From Tubulanus polymorphus (taxonomy: Eukaryota; Animalia; Nemertea): a stretch of DNA of 64,000 nucleotides. Shown here piece after piece: positions 49,089-62,105 of the stretch. Both the position numbers and the translations under genes were made by a program. Numbering within the stretch: position 1 is the stretch's first letter; the number at the start of each line of letters is the position of its first letter. The notes under the pieces are model-generated. The model worked only from the letters and a program-made list of their open reading frames with translations. It was not told where the DNA came from and made no database searches. The stretch covers positions 13,647,653 to 13,711,652 of the forward strand of contig NC_134028.1 in NCBI RefSeq assembly GCF_964204645.1. Direction: 5' to 3'.

Positions 49089-50620
49089 ACCAGTTTGCAA
49101 CGAAACTTCTCCCGGCTGGTTTTCTCGAATATTCATGGTACCAAAGGCCACGGGGGTCAACGGACGGTGTTAGATCTGTCATCCCTCGATCAGCACCTAG
49201 ACATTCCATGGTTCTGGATGACCAAACCCAAGGACGTTATTCAAGGGCTCCGTCCGGTTCAATGGGCGGCTTTGTTGGACCTGAAAGATGCTTACTTTCA
49301 GGTTCCAATGCAACTAAAATCTCGGCGATTTCTCAAGATAAAGTGGAAACCGCCAGTTCCAATTTAGGTCTCTTCCATTTGGCCTCAGTACGGCCCCGTG
49401 GGTTTTCACCAAGTTGGTCAAGTCAGTTCAGAAGGTTCTTCAGTCAAGGGGTGTTCGACTGTTCGTTTACCTCGACGACTGGTTAATAGTCGCGAACTCG
49501 GCTCAAGAATGTCGGGAGGCAATGACCTCAGTCTTGGACTTAGTCCATCAGCTAGGGTTCCGCAGAAACAGGGAAAAATCTCAACAGTTCTTTTATCTCA
49601 GCATGGACTTCGATCTACGAATCGGCAAAGTCTTTCCGTCTATGGCTCGAGTAGCCAAACTTCAAGAAGCTGTAGCGGGAGTGTCCACAACCCCGAGAAC
49701 AGCTCGTTACTGGTCACGGCTTCTAGGTTTTATCAGCTCCATGGGTCTGGTGGTGCCCTTAGGCCGCCTCAGAAGCAGACGCTTGCAACAATATTGGAAG
49801 GTCTTCTGGTCTCGGTCGAAGGGCAACTGGGAGACCTTGATTCCCGTACCTCCAACCGATCTAAGTTCGGATCTTCATTGATGGGCGGCAACTACGAATC
49901 TTCGGCGCGGGGTGTCACTAGCCCCGTTAGAGGCTCCAGTTCGTGTATTCACGGATGCCAGTCACCAAGGATGGGGGCACATCTGGGGAACCGAGTCAAT
50001 GCCGGAAGATGGTCTCGCTACGAGGCCACCAACCACATAATCTTGGAAATGCTGGCCGTGTGGAAGGCCCTGAAGTTTTTTTCACAGGAGAGTGGATGGC
50101 CACCACATTTGGTTAGCCAGAGACAATTCAACAGTGAGTGCTTACCTTCAGAACCAAGGGGGCACTCACTCAGAAATCCTCACTGATCTGTCGGCCAAAA
50201 TTCTTCTTTGGTGCCAGACAAAGGGCGTGTCCCTGACTGTGGCACATTTAGCAGGGAAAAAGAACGTGATGGCCGATGCTCTCTCGTCGAGGTCAGGCTA
50301 TTGCGACAAAATGGGTTCTCCACCAAGAAGTAGCCGATCGGGTTGGAGGCATGTTTGGCAATGCGCTGCTGGATCTGTTTGCCACCCGGTTCAATCGGAG
50401 GTGTCCTCTGTTTGTTTCCCCGTTTCCAGACGCGGAAGCGTGGGGGGTCGATGCCTTCTCTCTGGACTGGTCGGGGATGCATGCGTCAATTGCAACATAG
50501 TTCTGGTAGCACAATGTTGGCCGGCACAGAAATGGTTCCTACCACTTATCATCCTACTGTGCGACAACCCCAGGATTCTTCCGAATTTCCCATCGCTTCT
50601 GTCTCAGGGGAACTTTCGGC
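49089..50620 (+). pseudogene. DIRS RT 3' part, RNase H and methyltransferase-like domain (degenerate)
   Basis: LDLKDAYFQVP, LPFGL, YLDDWL; FTDASHQGWG; DNSTV; LDLFATRFN...DAFSLDW. Confidence 0.9.
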
Positions 50621-50677
50621 ATCATCCAAACAGCCAGTGGTTAACAGTCTGCTCGCCTTGCCATTGTCCAGCGATCC

Positions 50678-51735
50678 TTGCTAGCTTCAGGCTTTTCAGA
50701 ACAGGCTGCCTCCTTTATCGCAGGATCAAAGCGGCCATCAACAAGTACCATTTACGATGCCAAATGGGGTCATTTTGCGGATTGGTGTGCTGCAGGGGAA
50801 ATTGATCAATGCTCACCCTCTGTAGCTCAATTGGCAGATTTCTTACTGCACCTATTTGTAGTAAAAGGTTTGCAGGTTATGACTATGAAAGGTTACCGCT
50901 CCGCGATTTCTCATACATTGCATGCTTCTGGATGGCCAAATGTAACAGGGGATCATCGGATATCCCAGCTTGTTGCAGGATTTTCATTTCCCGGCCTCGG
51001 GTACCAAGGATAGTTCCACCATTGGATCTGTCTGTAATTTTGAAGAAGTTAATGGAGGCTCCATTTGAACTTCTTTCGGCAGCGTGAATTGCGAATATGT
51101 CAAAAAAGACTGTATTTTTGCTGTTCTTGGCTTGCTCGGCCCGTCGCTCTGCGATTCATGCGCTTTCAGTCCGACAAGGTCATATTGTCTTCGGGCCAGC
51201 GCAGGAATTTGTTTCGCTGCGGCCTGCTTTGGAGTTTTTGGCAAAGAACCAACGACCAGGCTCTGTTGGGCGTCAATGGCGAATTGAAGCCCTAAAACAT
51301 CGAGTGGAACCGGGTCTTCCGGACAGGACAATATGTCCTGTGCGGGCGTTGTGTTTCTATTTAGATCGTTGTGCTCCACGGAGGGGTTCGTGGGAGCGGT
51401 TATTTATTTCGCTGCTGGATCACCTGAAGGGTGATATTTCTCGGGACACAGTGGCCCGATGGGTCTCTTCACTAATCAAGGACATTGTATTGAAGGAGAA
51501 TCTTTCCTCGGAGGGAGTGGTTTCTCATCAAGTGAGGTCTATGGCTACTTCCTGCGCAGCCTTTTCAGGTGCTCCGTTGGAGGAAGTCTGTCGGGCCGCC
51601 TTTTGGAATTCTCCATCGACATTCACGTCATTTTATTTACGGGATGTTTCAGGCCAGTTAGGCTCATTAGCTTCACTCGGTCCTGTTGTTATGGCTCAAG
51701 TTGCCCGTTCTTTCCGATCGGACCCTTTAGCGTAG
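50678..51735 (+). pseudogene. DIRS tyrosine recombinase (frameshifted)
   Basis: YDAKWGHFADWC, KGYRSAIS, SARRS, ICPVRAL, HQVRS, W.S..TFTSFYL. Confidence 0.9.
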
Positions 51736-53837
51736 AATATTTATGTTGCATTATCAGGATCACAGGGGGTGTATCCATGTACATAGTTTGGGCTCATATC
51801 CACAACTATTAATTTCGCAAAATTCGGGGGGGGGGCTGAGCTGGACGGACTCACTGTGGCCAACCAGTCTTCCCTGTGCTACAGTGTTCCTTTCCGTGCT
51901 TGGGTAAGTGCTCTCTTTTTCCCTCTTACCTTGCGTTTGAGCGGTGGTTTTTCTACCTTTCCCACCATCCTTGTGCTAGGCTAGTCTAGCAAAAACCATA
52001 GGTAAGGGTACAGTACTCGACGGAAATATGACAATTTTTGGAACTAAAATTTGTATTTCCGAGTAGTACTTATCCTTTCCTATGGTGGGAATCCCGCCCA
52101 CCGGCCCAGCATAGCTGCATTTTTTGGGTCTGCTATGACGTAAAAAGATGGCTGATTTCGCCGGTGGCTAAATGCAATACCGCAGGGCTGGGTCGTATAG
52201 AAAAACCATTGGCGATCAATCCAAATTTAGAAAATATTGGCAAAAACCATAGGAAAGGGTAGGTACTACTCGGAAATACAAATTTTAGTTCAAAAAATTG
52301 TAATTTCAGTGTGTAAACTCTGTCGTAATGGGCATTATAAGACAGTGAGGAATTGAGTTTTAGCCACCTGAGCCCTCGGCTTGATTCGAGCAAAAAGATC
52401 CTTAACTGACTTCACAGAATTTGATTATGAGTCAAGGATTTTCTAAATTTCTGAATGCTTCCTCTGGTTTTAAGATCAATTCAAATTCAATCTTCAATAC
52501 ATAAAAATTAGTCAAAATTTTTTTTATTTTATTGAAAGAAATTCTACGGAAGACAGATTTTGAAATGAAGGATATATCCAGGCATATAATTACAGCAAAA
52601 TCAACTGATGATCATCAAGGTGAAGTTTTCATTCATCTTCGGCTAATTTGTCTACCCCTGATGATTGAAGCATTTTGGTTACTCGCGCCAATTAGTCAGC
52701 CACAGTCGATTTTCATGCCATCTGACCTCTTTCCATCTGTAATTAAGCAATCAAAAGTAAGAATTACTTAGTTGAGGAGCGAAATGAAATATAGATATCT
52801 CAGGAGACTAATTTAAATCATGACTTTGTTGTGGAAATCTATTACTACAGTCTCGAGGAGCATAGACACCAAGCCACGTGGCATTGGTATTTTAAGGGCT
52901 ATTCAGTTTACTCCAAAACAAGTCTATGATTAACATTAAAGAAAGCTTCATATCAAGGGTATGTCACAGGACTCATGACGCCCATGAATTATCATCCCAT
53001 AATAACAATGAATCCAATCCTGCATGTACGTTAGCACGACTGATTACTAATCCAAATATTGTATTACAAAAAAACAATTACGCAAAACGTCAAGTACTTA
53101 CAGCATCTGAGACAGTTGCACTTCAGTTAGAGTGTTAAGTTACGCCTTTGACTGTCAATGTCGAAAAAGCCTAATTTGAAACATGCATTTGCGCACTGTG
53201 GTTTAATATTCCTGCAAGAATCCGCAAAGGAATTGAAGACCGTAGTGACCAGTGACCAGACCAGTTCAATCCACGAATAATAGCTGGAAAGAAAGTAATC
53301 AAAATAAATTGCCGTGCACATTCAGTGTAAACCAGGCCATAACTAGCTGCTGTTAAGGCATTCCACTGACTGGCTCTAACCACTATATTAAGGGCCTAAA
53401 TCTATTCTAGGTGCATCCCCTAAAAAAGCTAATTTAGGCATTAAGTAAGTAGCCAACAACGATCATTGCTTCACCGAGTACTCATTTGCTAACATACTCA
53501 TATTATTAAAGAAATCATTTAATACATTCCCTGGTTAAAGGATTCTCACCTTAAAATACATAAACTCCGCTGTCGTTGTCATCGATCCGAGTCGTGAACT
53601 GAACGCGGAAGTAAAATTCCGTGTGAAAGTTCCTACAATTTCTGACCATATCACGTTGATTTGAGCCCGAAATCTTCAGATAATGTAGCCAACGTAAATT
53701 TATTTACGAATAGAATTAATCAATTGACTCATTTAAGAAATCATGGTTACGTGAAATTCATTTAGGTCCTAAAACTCGCGATAAATTTAAGCCGAAAATG
53801 ATTTCAACCATCCACGCGCCGGCACTGTACTGATATG

Positions 53838-53898
53838 CTGGGATTCGAACCGTCAACCTCTCAGTTGTGAGTCAAACACCTTATTCACCCTGCCACAG
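53838..53898 (-). other. tRNA-derived (SINE-head-like) sequence
   Basis: gtggcagggtgaataagg...ggttcgaatcccag gives A-box-like and B-box motifs; no convincing acceptor stem. Confidence 0.45.
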
Positions 53899-54206
53899 GA
53901 CAGGACGCGTCTTTTACCGTTAGTGGGAGTACGCGCCACGGCGAGAAATTGCTACTATCATCCGGTGTTATCTTACAGTAAGTAATTTTAAGTTTAAAAT
54001 AGGATGGAGAATGCGACAGAATCTACGCGGAGAGAAAGTCTGTTATATTTCTATCTGAATTCAAAATTCCGTTTAGTAGCTGTTAGTTGTCGAATCCGAG
54101 AGAAGATGAATTTTATGTAATGAAAAAAAGTGGAAAATATGTGAAAAATAATAATAACAATCAACAGAATTACAAGAGGGTTTTCGACGAAAGTCAGAAA
54201 ACCCTA

Positions 54207-55607
54207 AATATAGCTGCAAGCAGCGATAACGGGTTTCTGCCTTTCTGGATAGAATGTCGTTCAGGGATGCGAGCAAAGATTTCACCCGAAATCAGTTCGT
54301 TACATTCCGTTTTTTTGAAAGAGTGCCACCTAGGGGTCAAGTCACAACATGGATATGTTGACCCACATGTGCTACTACGCGCAAAGTACTAATCTACCAG
54401 GTTTTGGGGGAAATAACATCGAGAAGAACGAAGCTACGGTGTTTTAACCATTCCCTAGTGACAGCGCATATTCGGTTATTATTAGTTCCGACTAGATAAG
54501 AAAACCAATATTCCTTTGCGCACACCCGACAACTGAAATATTCATTAACAAGTTGATGCTGACAGTAAACGGAAGAAGAAGAAGAAACCGAATTTGGCTC
54601 AAAGCACAAATTTGGCCTGTTAGGGTAAACTATGCAGGAGGGAGGGCCTTGTAGTGTTACTATAAGTAGAGGAGTGACAAGTCAGTCGGACAAATCAAGC
54701 GATCAGATGGGGACTACAATTCACATATGAAATTGACGTCCAATAACCATTATAAATACATAATCACGAACGGTACCATCACTCCCCATTATTACTGACC
54801 GTCACTGGTCTCTGGCTAGCAATCATTCTTTATCGGTGCACTGCAATGGGTAGGTATTTTCAACTCACCTTGTTGTTCTATGACATTACCATCGCCGCCG
54901 CGTCACGATGTGATGTACATGTACAAGGGACCTCCAATTTGTAATGTATGTGATGTATAAACTGACTTTAGACCGTTTAATATCGACGATAACAAGGTAT
55001 CACGGACGTTGACATTTTCTGACGCTAACTAGTACGACCCTGACCAATTCAATTCAATTAAGAAAACGCATACCGGTACAATAAATAAATAAACCGCTGT
55101 TGATTTTTTGAAGTATGGATATCCGCGAAAAAAGCTATACCATTATAGGATGTTTAAAAGGAACTGCTTTTAATAACAGTATGAATAAACTTACACAAAC
55201 AAGGAAGTACATTTTTAACTTGAGGATGGTCGAACCCCAGTTATTCACAATAATCAGTGATTTGGATATTCTCGGGGCATTCCTTCTTTATTTATCTATG
55301 AAATGACGTCACAAACTTTCAGATTCGCGCCAGTATGCGCGCCATGATTGATGATTGCTATTTCCACCGGTGTAATCTTTAAGTAACTTCAAGTTAAAAA
55401 TAGGAAGCACAGTACATCCATAGAAACTACGCGCAGAAAGAGACTGTTATATTATTATCAGAGTTTAACATTTCGTTTCAAAGTTGTTAGTAGTAAAATC
55501 TAATAGAAGATGATTTTTATGTGACGAAACTCAGTGGAAAATATGTTAAAATAATAATCAGCAGGAATCCAATAGGGTTTCTGCCGAGGCAGCAGAAACC
55601 CTAATAA
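54207..55607 (+). mobile_element. Family A Helentron-like repeat, copy 3
   Basis: Matches 5549-6885 (inverted) and 22392-23487; same 5' motif and 3' hairpin. Confidence 0.7.
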
Positions 55608-55689
55608 TAATCACGCGAATTTCAATAGGGTTTTCTGTCAAGAAACAGGAAAATGTAATAATACTGGGGTTATAAATATATACCAGAAG

Positions 55690-56287
55690 AAATGTTCAAA
55701 GTGTGAATTAAGTCAACAATCTTCAGAATATTATAACGATAAGACTAAGAAAGATGGTAAGCAAAGTTATTGAAAAAGTTGTAAACAAGTATATATGAGA
55801 GATTGGAAAAAAAGATAATAGAGAACATGTTAAACCGTATCAAAATAATTATCATAAAGAAAAATATCAAACAGATCTTACTTTTAAATTGAAACAATGT
55901 TTAAGATCTAGATTAACGTAATTATTCAATAGAGAAACGCATTCAGTTACACTATCTAATTTGTTGGGTTGTTCAGATGAATTCTTAAAATCATGGATAA
56001 TATATCAGTTTGATGATAAAATGAATCTAAATAATTACGGAGATTATTTCCCCATTGATCATGTTTTACCAATATCGAAATTTAACATGAATTATGATTA
56101 CAATAAAAAGCTAATTTGGAATCAGAAGAATTTAAGACCTCTTGAAAAGAAAGAAAACATGAGTAAATCTGACAAACTAGATTTACAATTATATATAGAT
56201 CAGCTGGTTAAAGTAAAGACATTTATTGAATTATGGAATAGTTCACCACAGAATGAATCGTACACTGAGACTTTAATCAGCTGTTAG
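55690..56287 (+). pseudogene. Decayed HNH-type endonuclease resembling those of large DNA viruses
   Basis: KKCSKC...KDG.QSY..SC; LRSRL; LGCS..FLK.WI..QF...MNLNNYG...IDHVLPIS.F...NLRPL...EN.SK. Confidence 0.7.
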
Positions 56288-56473
56288 AATAAGAGCCCGA
56301 TAACGCCCGATCTATATAAAACACATTATCATTCGAAAATGGAATTATTAAATTCGTGGAATCAGTTGTAAAGCTGAAAAACGAAATACGGTTATGATTG
56401 GGCCAGGATAAAAACAAAGCAATAAGCAACCTGGCAGACTAGGTTGAGGCAAATGTATGATTCATCAGTGGGA

Positions 56474-56572
56474 CACTGACCGAGGCTACAATATTGTAAC
56501 CTAGGTCGGTTGACTTGCGCGGATTTATTTGCATACACTGACCGAGGCTACAATATTGTAACCTCGGTCGGT
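56474..56572. repeat. Two tandem copies of a ~38-bp palindrome
   Basis: actgaccgaggctacaat-attgtaacctcggtcggt repeated twice. Confidence 0.8.
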
Positions 56573-59500
56573 TTACTGCATTATATTTGCAGTATTCACT
56601 ACTAATCCAAGATTAAGATCAGTCAGTTAACTTGATCAGTTTTTGAAGTTATTGCTGGTCCGATATCAGTCGGTTGATTTGTAGGTTTGACTAACGAGGA
56701 ATCCAAAAGTGTTTCAGTCAAACGTCTCCTATCATTGAGAAATGACTTGAATAGTTAGGAATGTACATCGTACACATTCCAAATTAAGGGTTTAAAAGAA
56801 GTTTAAGTGAGAGCCTTATAATTATATTGCGCAATTGCCATGATTGATACGAAAACGTTTCTAGAATCGGATGAAAATTTATATAGAATTGGAGACAGAT
56901 GTGCATTGTTTTGGGAGTGTTCGAACTTCGCTGAATCACTGAATCGTTGATTATTATATTAATTTCGCTGATTTGAATTTACGCTCAATCCATGCATATT
57001 TTACATATTCTAGAGAAAATGTTTCATTTGACCGATTCATTGATAAATGTCGTTACATATATTCTATAAAAATTCAGTTGGATTACGGTAACGAATCTAT
57101 TTTGCGGAGAGCGGTAACGGCTTTCGGCTTACGTCATCGGTACTTCGATGTAGTCTTACAGCTTTAATAGTGATTCGCCCTGGGGACCTGAGTTTCAGAT
57201 ATGACAGAAAAATATACAAAAAATCGTGACGATTGTAAGTTGAGCAACGATTGAAATGAAATCATTTGACTGCTGGATGTAATCACAAATAACAAATAAA
57301 CTGACGCCGAAATAGTCTACCTTTCAATTCAGTTGGTTTTCCATAGTAGCTGTTTGAAAGAGTCTACTGCTGAAAAGTGACTGTTCTAAAACATATGATG
57401 TGCTAGTGTGAAGCATTTTGATAGTGCACACTGGCAGTAGATGTGACTGTAACCAACCGATTGTAAACAGCGACTTAGTGATAGTAACTCCTACCACAAT
57501 AGTTACTCTCAAAACACATCGTTTCTAAAAGTCAACTAGTGAAAAATGACCATTTTGAGATGGCACAGTAATTTCCTGTTCAAAATAGCCACATCTGTTT
57601 AAGATTTGCACTGATATGTGACAGGGTCAAAGGTACTGTTAAACCCCATATGCTTTGTATACAGAACTCAGTATGCTTTGAATACAGTTCTGTCAATAGA
57701 AATCCTAGTTTCTGAGTTGCTAAGAACCCCCTAAATTATATCACGCTCAACAAAATGGGAATAACCAATAGGAAAACTATTGATTTATATAACATCATTA
57801 TGGATTAAATCCTTTAAAACAAGTATTGTGCCAGATCTAATTTAGAATTTTATGATTTTTGTTTTATATTTGCGATTATAAAACATGCTGGTGCATTCAT
57901 ACTGTCATAAATCTTTGATTCTGTGGAAATGAATTCGTCTTCAAGGATATATGAGAGACGAAAATACAAATAAAATCACATGTTCATGAAATGGATTATG
58001 TCTTTAGATCTCTTTACTTGGATGAAAGACTACAAAAATTTTCCCCAAAAATGTATCTAAAATACTTAGAATTAATCTACAATTGTTGTTTATTTCGATA
58101 ATCAATTTCAAAGTAATAATCAAAGTAATCCATAATCAAAGTAATCCATCACTTTGTCACGCTGTTCTCTGCTTGTTCGTTTATGATTATTGAACCCTTT
58201 TATCGCTTGTTAGAATTGATACCTTAACCGAAATTTTTTGAATAGTTTTGAAATCAGTTATTCCAATTTGATAAAAAAACCTCTTCTGGTCTAAGTAAAA
58301 GAATGCAAGGCTGAAATTTCAGTTTCACATGCTTTCCTACTTTGTTGAGTAAATTGTTTGTATAGGTTATCAAAAACCCAGCAGCAGCTATCAGTCAACA
58401 GGTGAATTACACTGGCTAACTAGACAGTGATTGATGAACGAATAAACAAACTGCACTGACCACCAAAAATAATGACCTCTTAATAGTAATAAACTTAGCA
58501 CCTCAAAACTCTATTTGAAGATGCCAATGAAATAAAATGCCAATGAATCGCTGAATTTTAAGGTACTTTATCAGTTTTTTCCCCAATATAACTCATTTTC
58601 TCAAATTATCGTAAAATAAAAACTACTTTTATATCAGTGGCACCATATTCTACGACAGAAGTGCATTCAGAGTAAGAATAACGTTACCAATACGTTAAAT
58701 TGGAAGTGAATGCAGGCTAGGACCAACAAAGGTGCCGATTTAAGATGCCGATATACATGGAATCTAAATGAATCTAAACGACTAAACGACCCGAAGTAGT
58801 CGAATAGAACACTAATCCGATAAATGAAGAAATTCCGCAATAAAATTTCATACGATGACATTTAATTATCAAAGTTAAACCACAAGAACGTTCGGATTTT
58901 CAGTGATTGCCATCTGACTTAAAGCTCAAATCACTGGAATGTCTACATTCCACCTGATAATGGCTGTCAAAACGTTGCGGTTTCATCTCAACACATGTTA
59001 TCATATTAAGAGTTCTATTACGGTATTTCTTCATTCATGACCCCACGGTGAAGATCACCAGAGGCCGTTACCGTAATCCAAATGAAATCTTGAATACTAT
59101 ACGAAATTTCTTATTTCTATTAAATTCGGCCTCAGATCGGAAGATTTCTTTAGAATGCATTAGATCCACATAAATCCATTATAGATACCGCATTTACTTT
59201 AAATCAACGATTCAGCGATATTAATATAAAATCATGGGAGGTTCGAACACTCCAAAATGCACATCTTAATTTTATGATGCAAAGACATCCAGACCCCCTT
59301 TGAAAATAAACCACCATTTCAATAATGAGAGGTTAGCCTGAATTTATGATTACGCTTCTAATTTAAGAAATTAAATCAAAATATGAATGCAGACATACTT
59401 GAAAATAGCTGCATTTGTTAAAATCGAATTTTTCATTAAACTAATATCGCCATAAAAAGAAGGAAATTTCGATTCATCGTAAAATCCAAAACCAATGACA

Positions 59501-60559
59501 ATTTGTAAACTAATTTACTCCAATCTCGATTTTTATTTGTTAGACTATCTTTAGAGCTTAACTGAGTCACTCAAAATACAACTATACCCCAAACTATAGC
59601 GTGAGAATAGAATTTTCCACTAGTTTCTCAGTGTGTCCATGTTGTCACGTATCACCGCAAATCTTAAGTGGCTACTAAGTAAAAGTAGACGTTTAGGCTC
59701 AAATGTGCGATAGACATGTTCTTGGATTCAGGGAACAATACATAGACATGGGGCCAGGCCCTCGTCCACTTTTCTGACGCTTGAACATAATTTTTTTCAT
59801 CGCCTGCTGTTAAAGGATACCAGTGTAAAACCGTTATTGTCGTATTTCTGCATAGCGTTACATTCTGAAATTCTTCAACAGTTCGTGGGCTTAAGATTTT
59901 AACCTTCATTTTATACATTAGATATTCTTAGCCTCCTTGAATCTATTGTAATCGTTATTATCCTTTTTACATAAAACATGCCTGAAATTGTGAGCATATA
60001 CCATTCCTAATTTCAACTAAGAAAGTGCTCAGAAAGCACCTAAACGCATCTAATTCTTCAAAGACCACACCCCTTTTGTGCCTTATTCACCTGTGGCCCT
60101 TCTCCAAAAGCTAGATTCTCGAACATTTATCTAAATTACTCAATGGCATTTATTTCAAGTCTGCCCCCCGCGATCATGCCACTCTCCAAAAGCATCTACT
60201 TTTCAGTTTGGATTCGCTTGCTAGATTCCCTGTTATACATAGCGACATGTGCTTCAGATTTGCAGTGATACGTGACAATATAAACAGCGTATAAACAGTA
60301 GTGCAAAATGTATGCATACGCTGTAGTTTTCAGGGCAGTTAAAATCTAAAGATTCTGAATATGCTCCTTCAATACTTCAATATTCTGATTTTGAAAAGCT
60401 TAAATCGTTTCAAAAATTTCAAATTTCCCGTGTTGTTTTTCCCAATATTCATCTTGAATAATCTGTGACTTTTACTAAGCTGCGTACATATAAGATGACA
60501 TAATTCGTGACTTTTAGCAAGCAACATATGCATAAAAAATGATGATATTATCGGACGTA

Positions 60560-62105
60560 AGATATAAAACCCACTATTAAAAAATTAAAAGAAATCTAAA
60601 ATCGAGAATCATTTATTGAAACAATCTAAAATATAAAAACACGACGTTTCGATCTCACACTAGAGATCATCGTCAGGTGTGAGATATTGACTAAAAACAG
60701 GGGTATATATAAACAGCAGAACAGGTTAATTGAGTAAATTGGTGAGTGAGTAACTAATTAGTGTTTGGCAAGGCATTGAGTAATGGAATTGTTGGGAGGA
60801 AAGCCATTATTTTAATTGGTACTAATAATAAGATAAAACTAATATCGTGGTACTAATATCTGAGTGACGAGTAATTAGGGCAGACTCAACTATGTTGCGT
60901 TTAGTGTAATTGCTGGAAGTATAAATAATTTCGGCTTTATCAAAATTATAACGATGACCAGTGTTCCAAACGTGATTGGCTACACCACTAGCCGGTTTTT
61001 GATTAATTATATCCTTTTTGTGTTTCGAAATTCGAGTTTTTAAATCACGACCAGTTTCTCCAAAGTACATTTTATCACAGCCAAAACAAAGAATTTTGTA
61101 AACTCCGCAGTCCAATGGTTTAGATTGATTGTTTTTTACCAAAGTCTTGCTAATTTTGTTTTCATACGTGAAAATGATTTGTTTATGCAATAATGGAGAG
61201 AGTGACGAAACTTTTCCAAAACAGGTACATACGGAACTACAATGAATTCTGAAATGTGTTTTTTTATTTTCTGGAGGTTTAGAGTTAAAGAAAGTACGTT
61301 TAGCCTTAGAAGTAGCGATTTTCAAAATGTGATCAGGGTCAGCCAATTTTTTAAGAGAGTTGGATATGTGGTCAAATTCAGCCGAAAGGAAGGTTTCATC
61401 GTAGATCCGCAGTGCACGGAGAAAGAGGCCTTGAGCGAGACCAATTCTGATTGATTTAGCAGTAAACGAAAAGAAATGGAGATATGCCTCAGCGTTGATC
61501 GGTTTACGGTAGACTGAAAAAACAAATTAGTGTATTTATTGTGGATTAGAACATCTAAAAACGGAATTTGGTCATTTTGTTCCCATTCAAATGTGAATTT
61601 CAAAGATGGATATTGAGAGTTGATGAAGTCAATAAAAGAGGTAAGATCAAAATCATCAGAAACTAAGCACAGAATGTCATCAACTTATCTAATCCCACAG
61701 TTAGGTTTAGAGCCAGCGTAATTGGGAAGAATTTCGGATTCAAAATGTTCAAGGAAAAGATTAGCCAAAATGGGGGATAATGGGTTACCCATAGCGAAAC
61801 CGAAAATTTGTTCATAGAATTTGTCTTGGAATTGGGAGTATAGATTGGTTGTACAGAGCTCCAAAAGTTCATGTTAGCAATCTACAGGAATCGGGAAATT
61901 AAGATTGGAGTCCGGGAGTTTTCTTCTTAATAAATTGAGAGTTGGTTCCAATGGCATATTTGTAAACAAGGATATAGCGTCGAAAGATATAAATTTTCGG
62001 CCATCAGGTTTGAGATTTTTGAGTTTGTCTAAAAGGTCCATATTGTGCCGAATGTGAGAATCAGAAAAAGTACCCAGTGCCGGGGAGTACTTTAGCCAGA
62101 TATTT
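60560..62105 (-). mobile_element. Penelope element, 5'-truncated and degenerate (RT plus GIY-YIG)
   Basis: FISFDAISLFTN, GFAMGNPLSPILAN, decayed RYVDD, KFTFEWEQNDQIPFLDV, GVYKI.C.GC...YFGETGR. Confidence 0.92.
60639..60680 (-). ncRNA. Minimal type I hammerhead ribozyme (Penelope-associated), intact core
   Basis: Minus strand reads CAC-CTGACGA-T-GATCTC-tagtgt-GAGATC-GAAA-CG-TC-GTG. Confidence 0.8.

Larger units (their letters stand above)
29386..52307 (+). mobile_element. DIRS retrotransposon (about 5.9 kb of its own sequence) interrupted by a Polinton
   Basis: ITRs at about 29405-29522 and 52142-52260; ICR at 51989-52085; ATTTC at both junctions; gag, RT, RNase H, MT and YR remnants. Confidence 0.93.

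Noticed and set aside
29285-52393. Minus-strand ORFs on either side of the DIRS join in frame when it is removed
   Set aside because: The joined peptide of about 63 aa has no recognisable motif or clear splice sites, so it may be chance.
53838-53898. Functional tRNA gene
   Set aside because: Only A/B-box-like motifs are present, with no complete cloverleaf. The isolated gggattcgaa motifs near 1363 and 2011 are similar remnants.
58950-58980. Fourth hammerhead (cacctgataatggc...aaaacgttg)
   Set aside because: Both core boxes deviate and stem II is absent.
57324-59918. Short minus-strand ORFs as upstream Duox exons
   Set aside because: No EF-hand or peroxidase motifs recognised.
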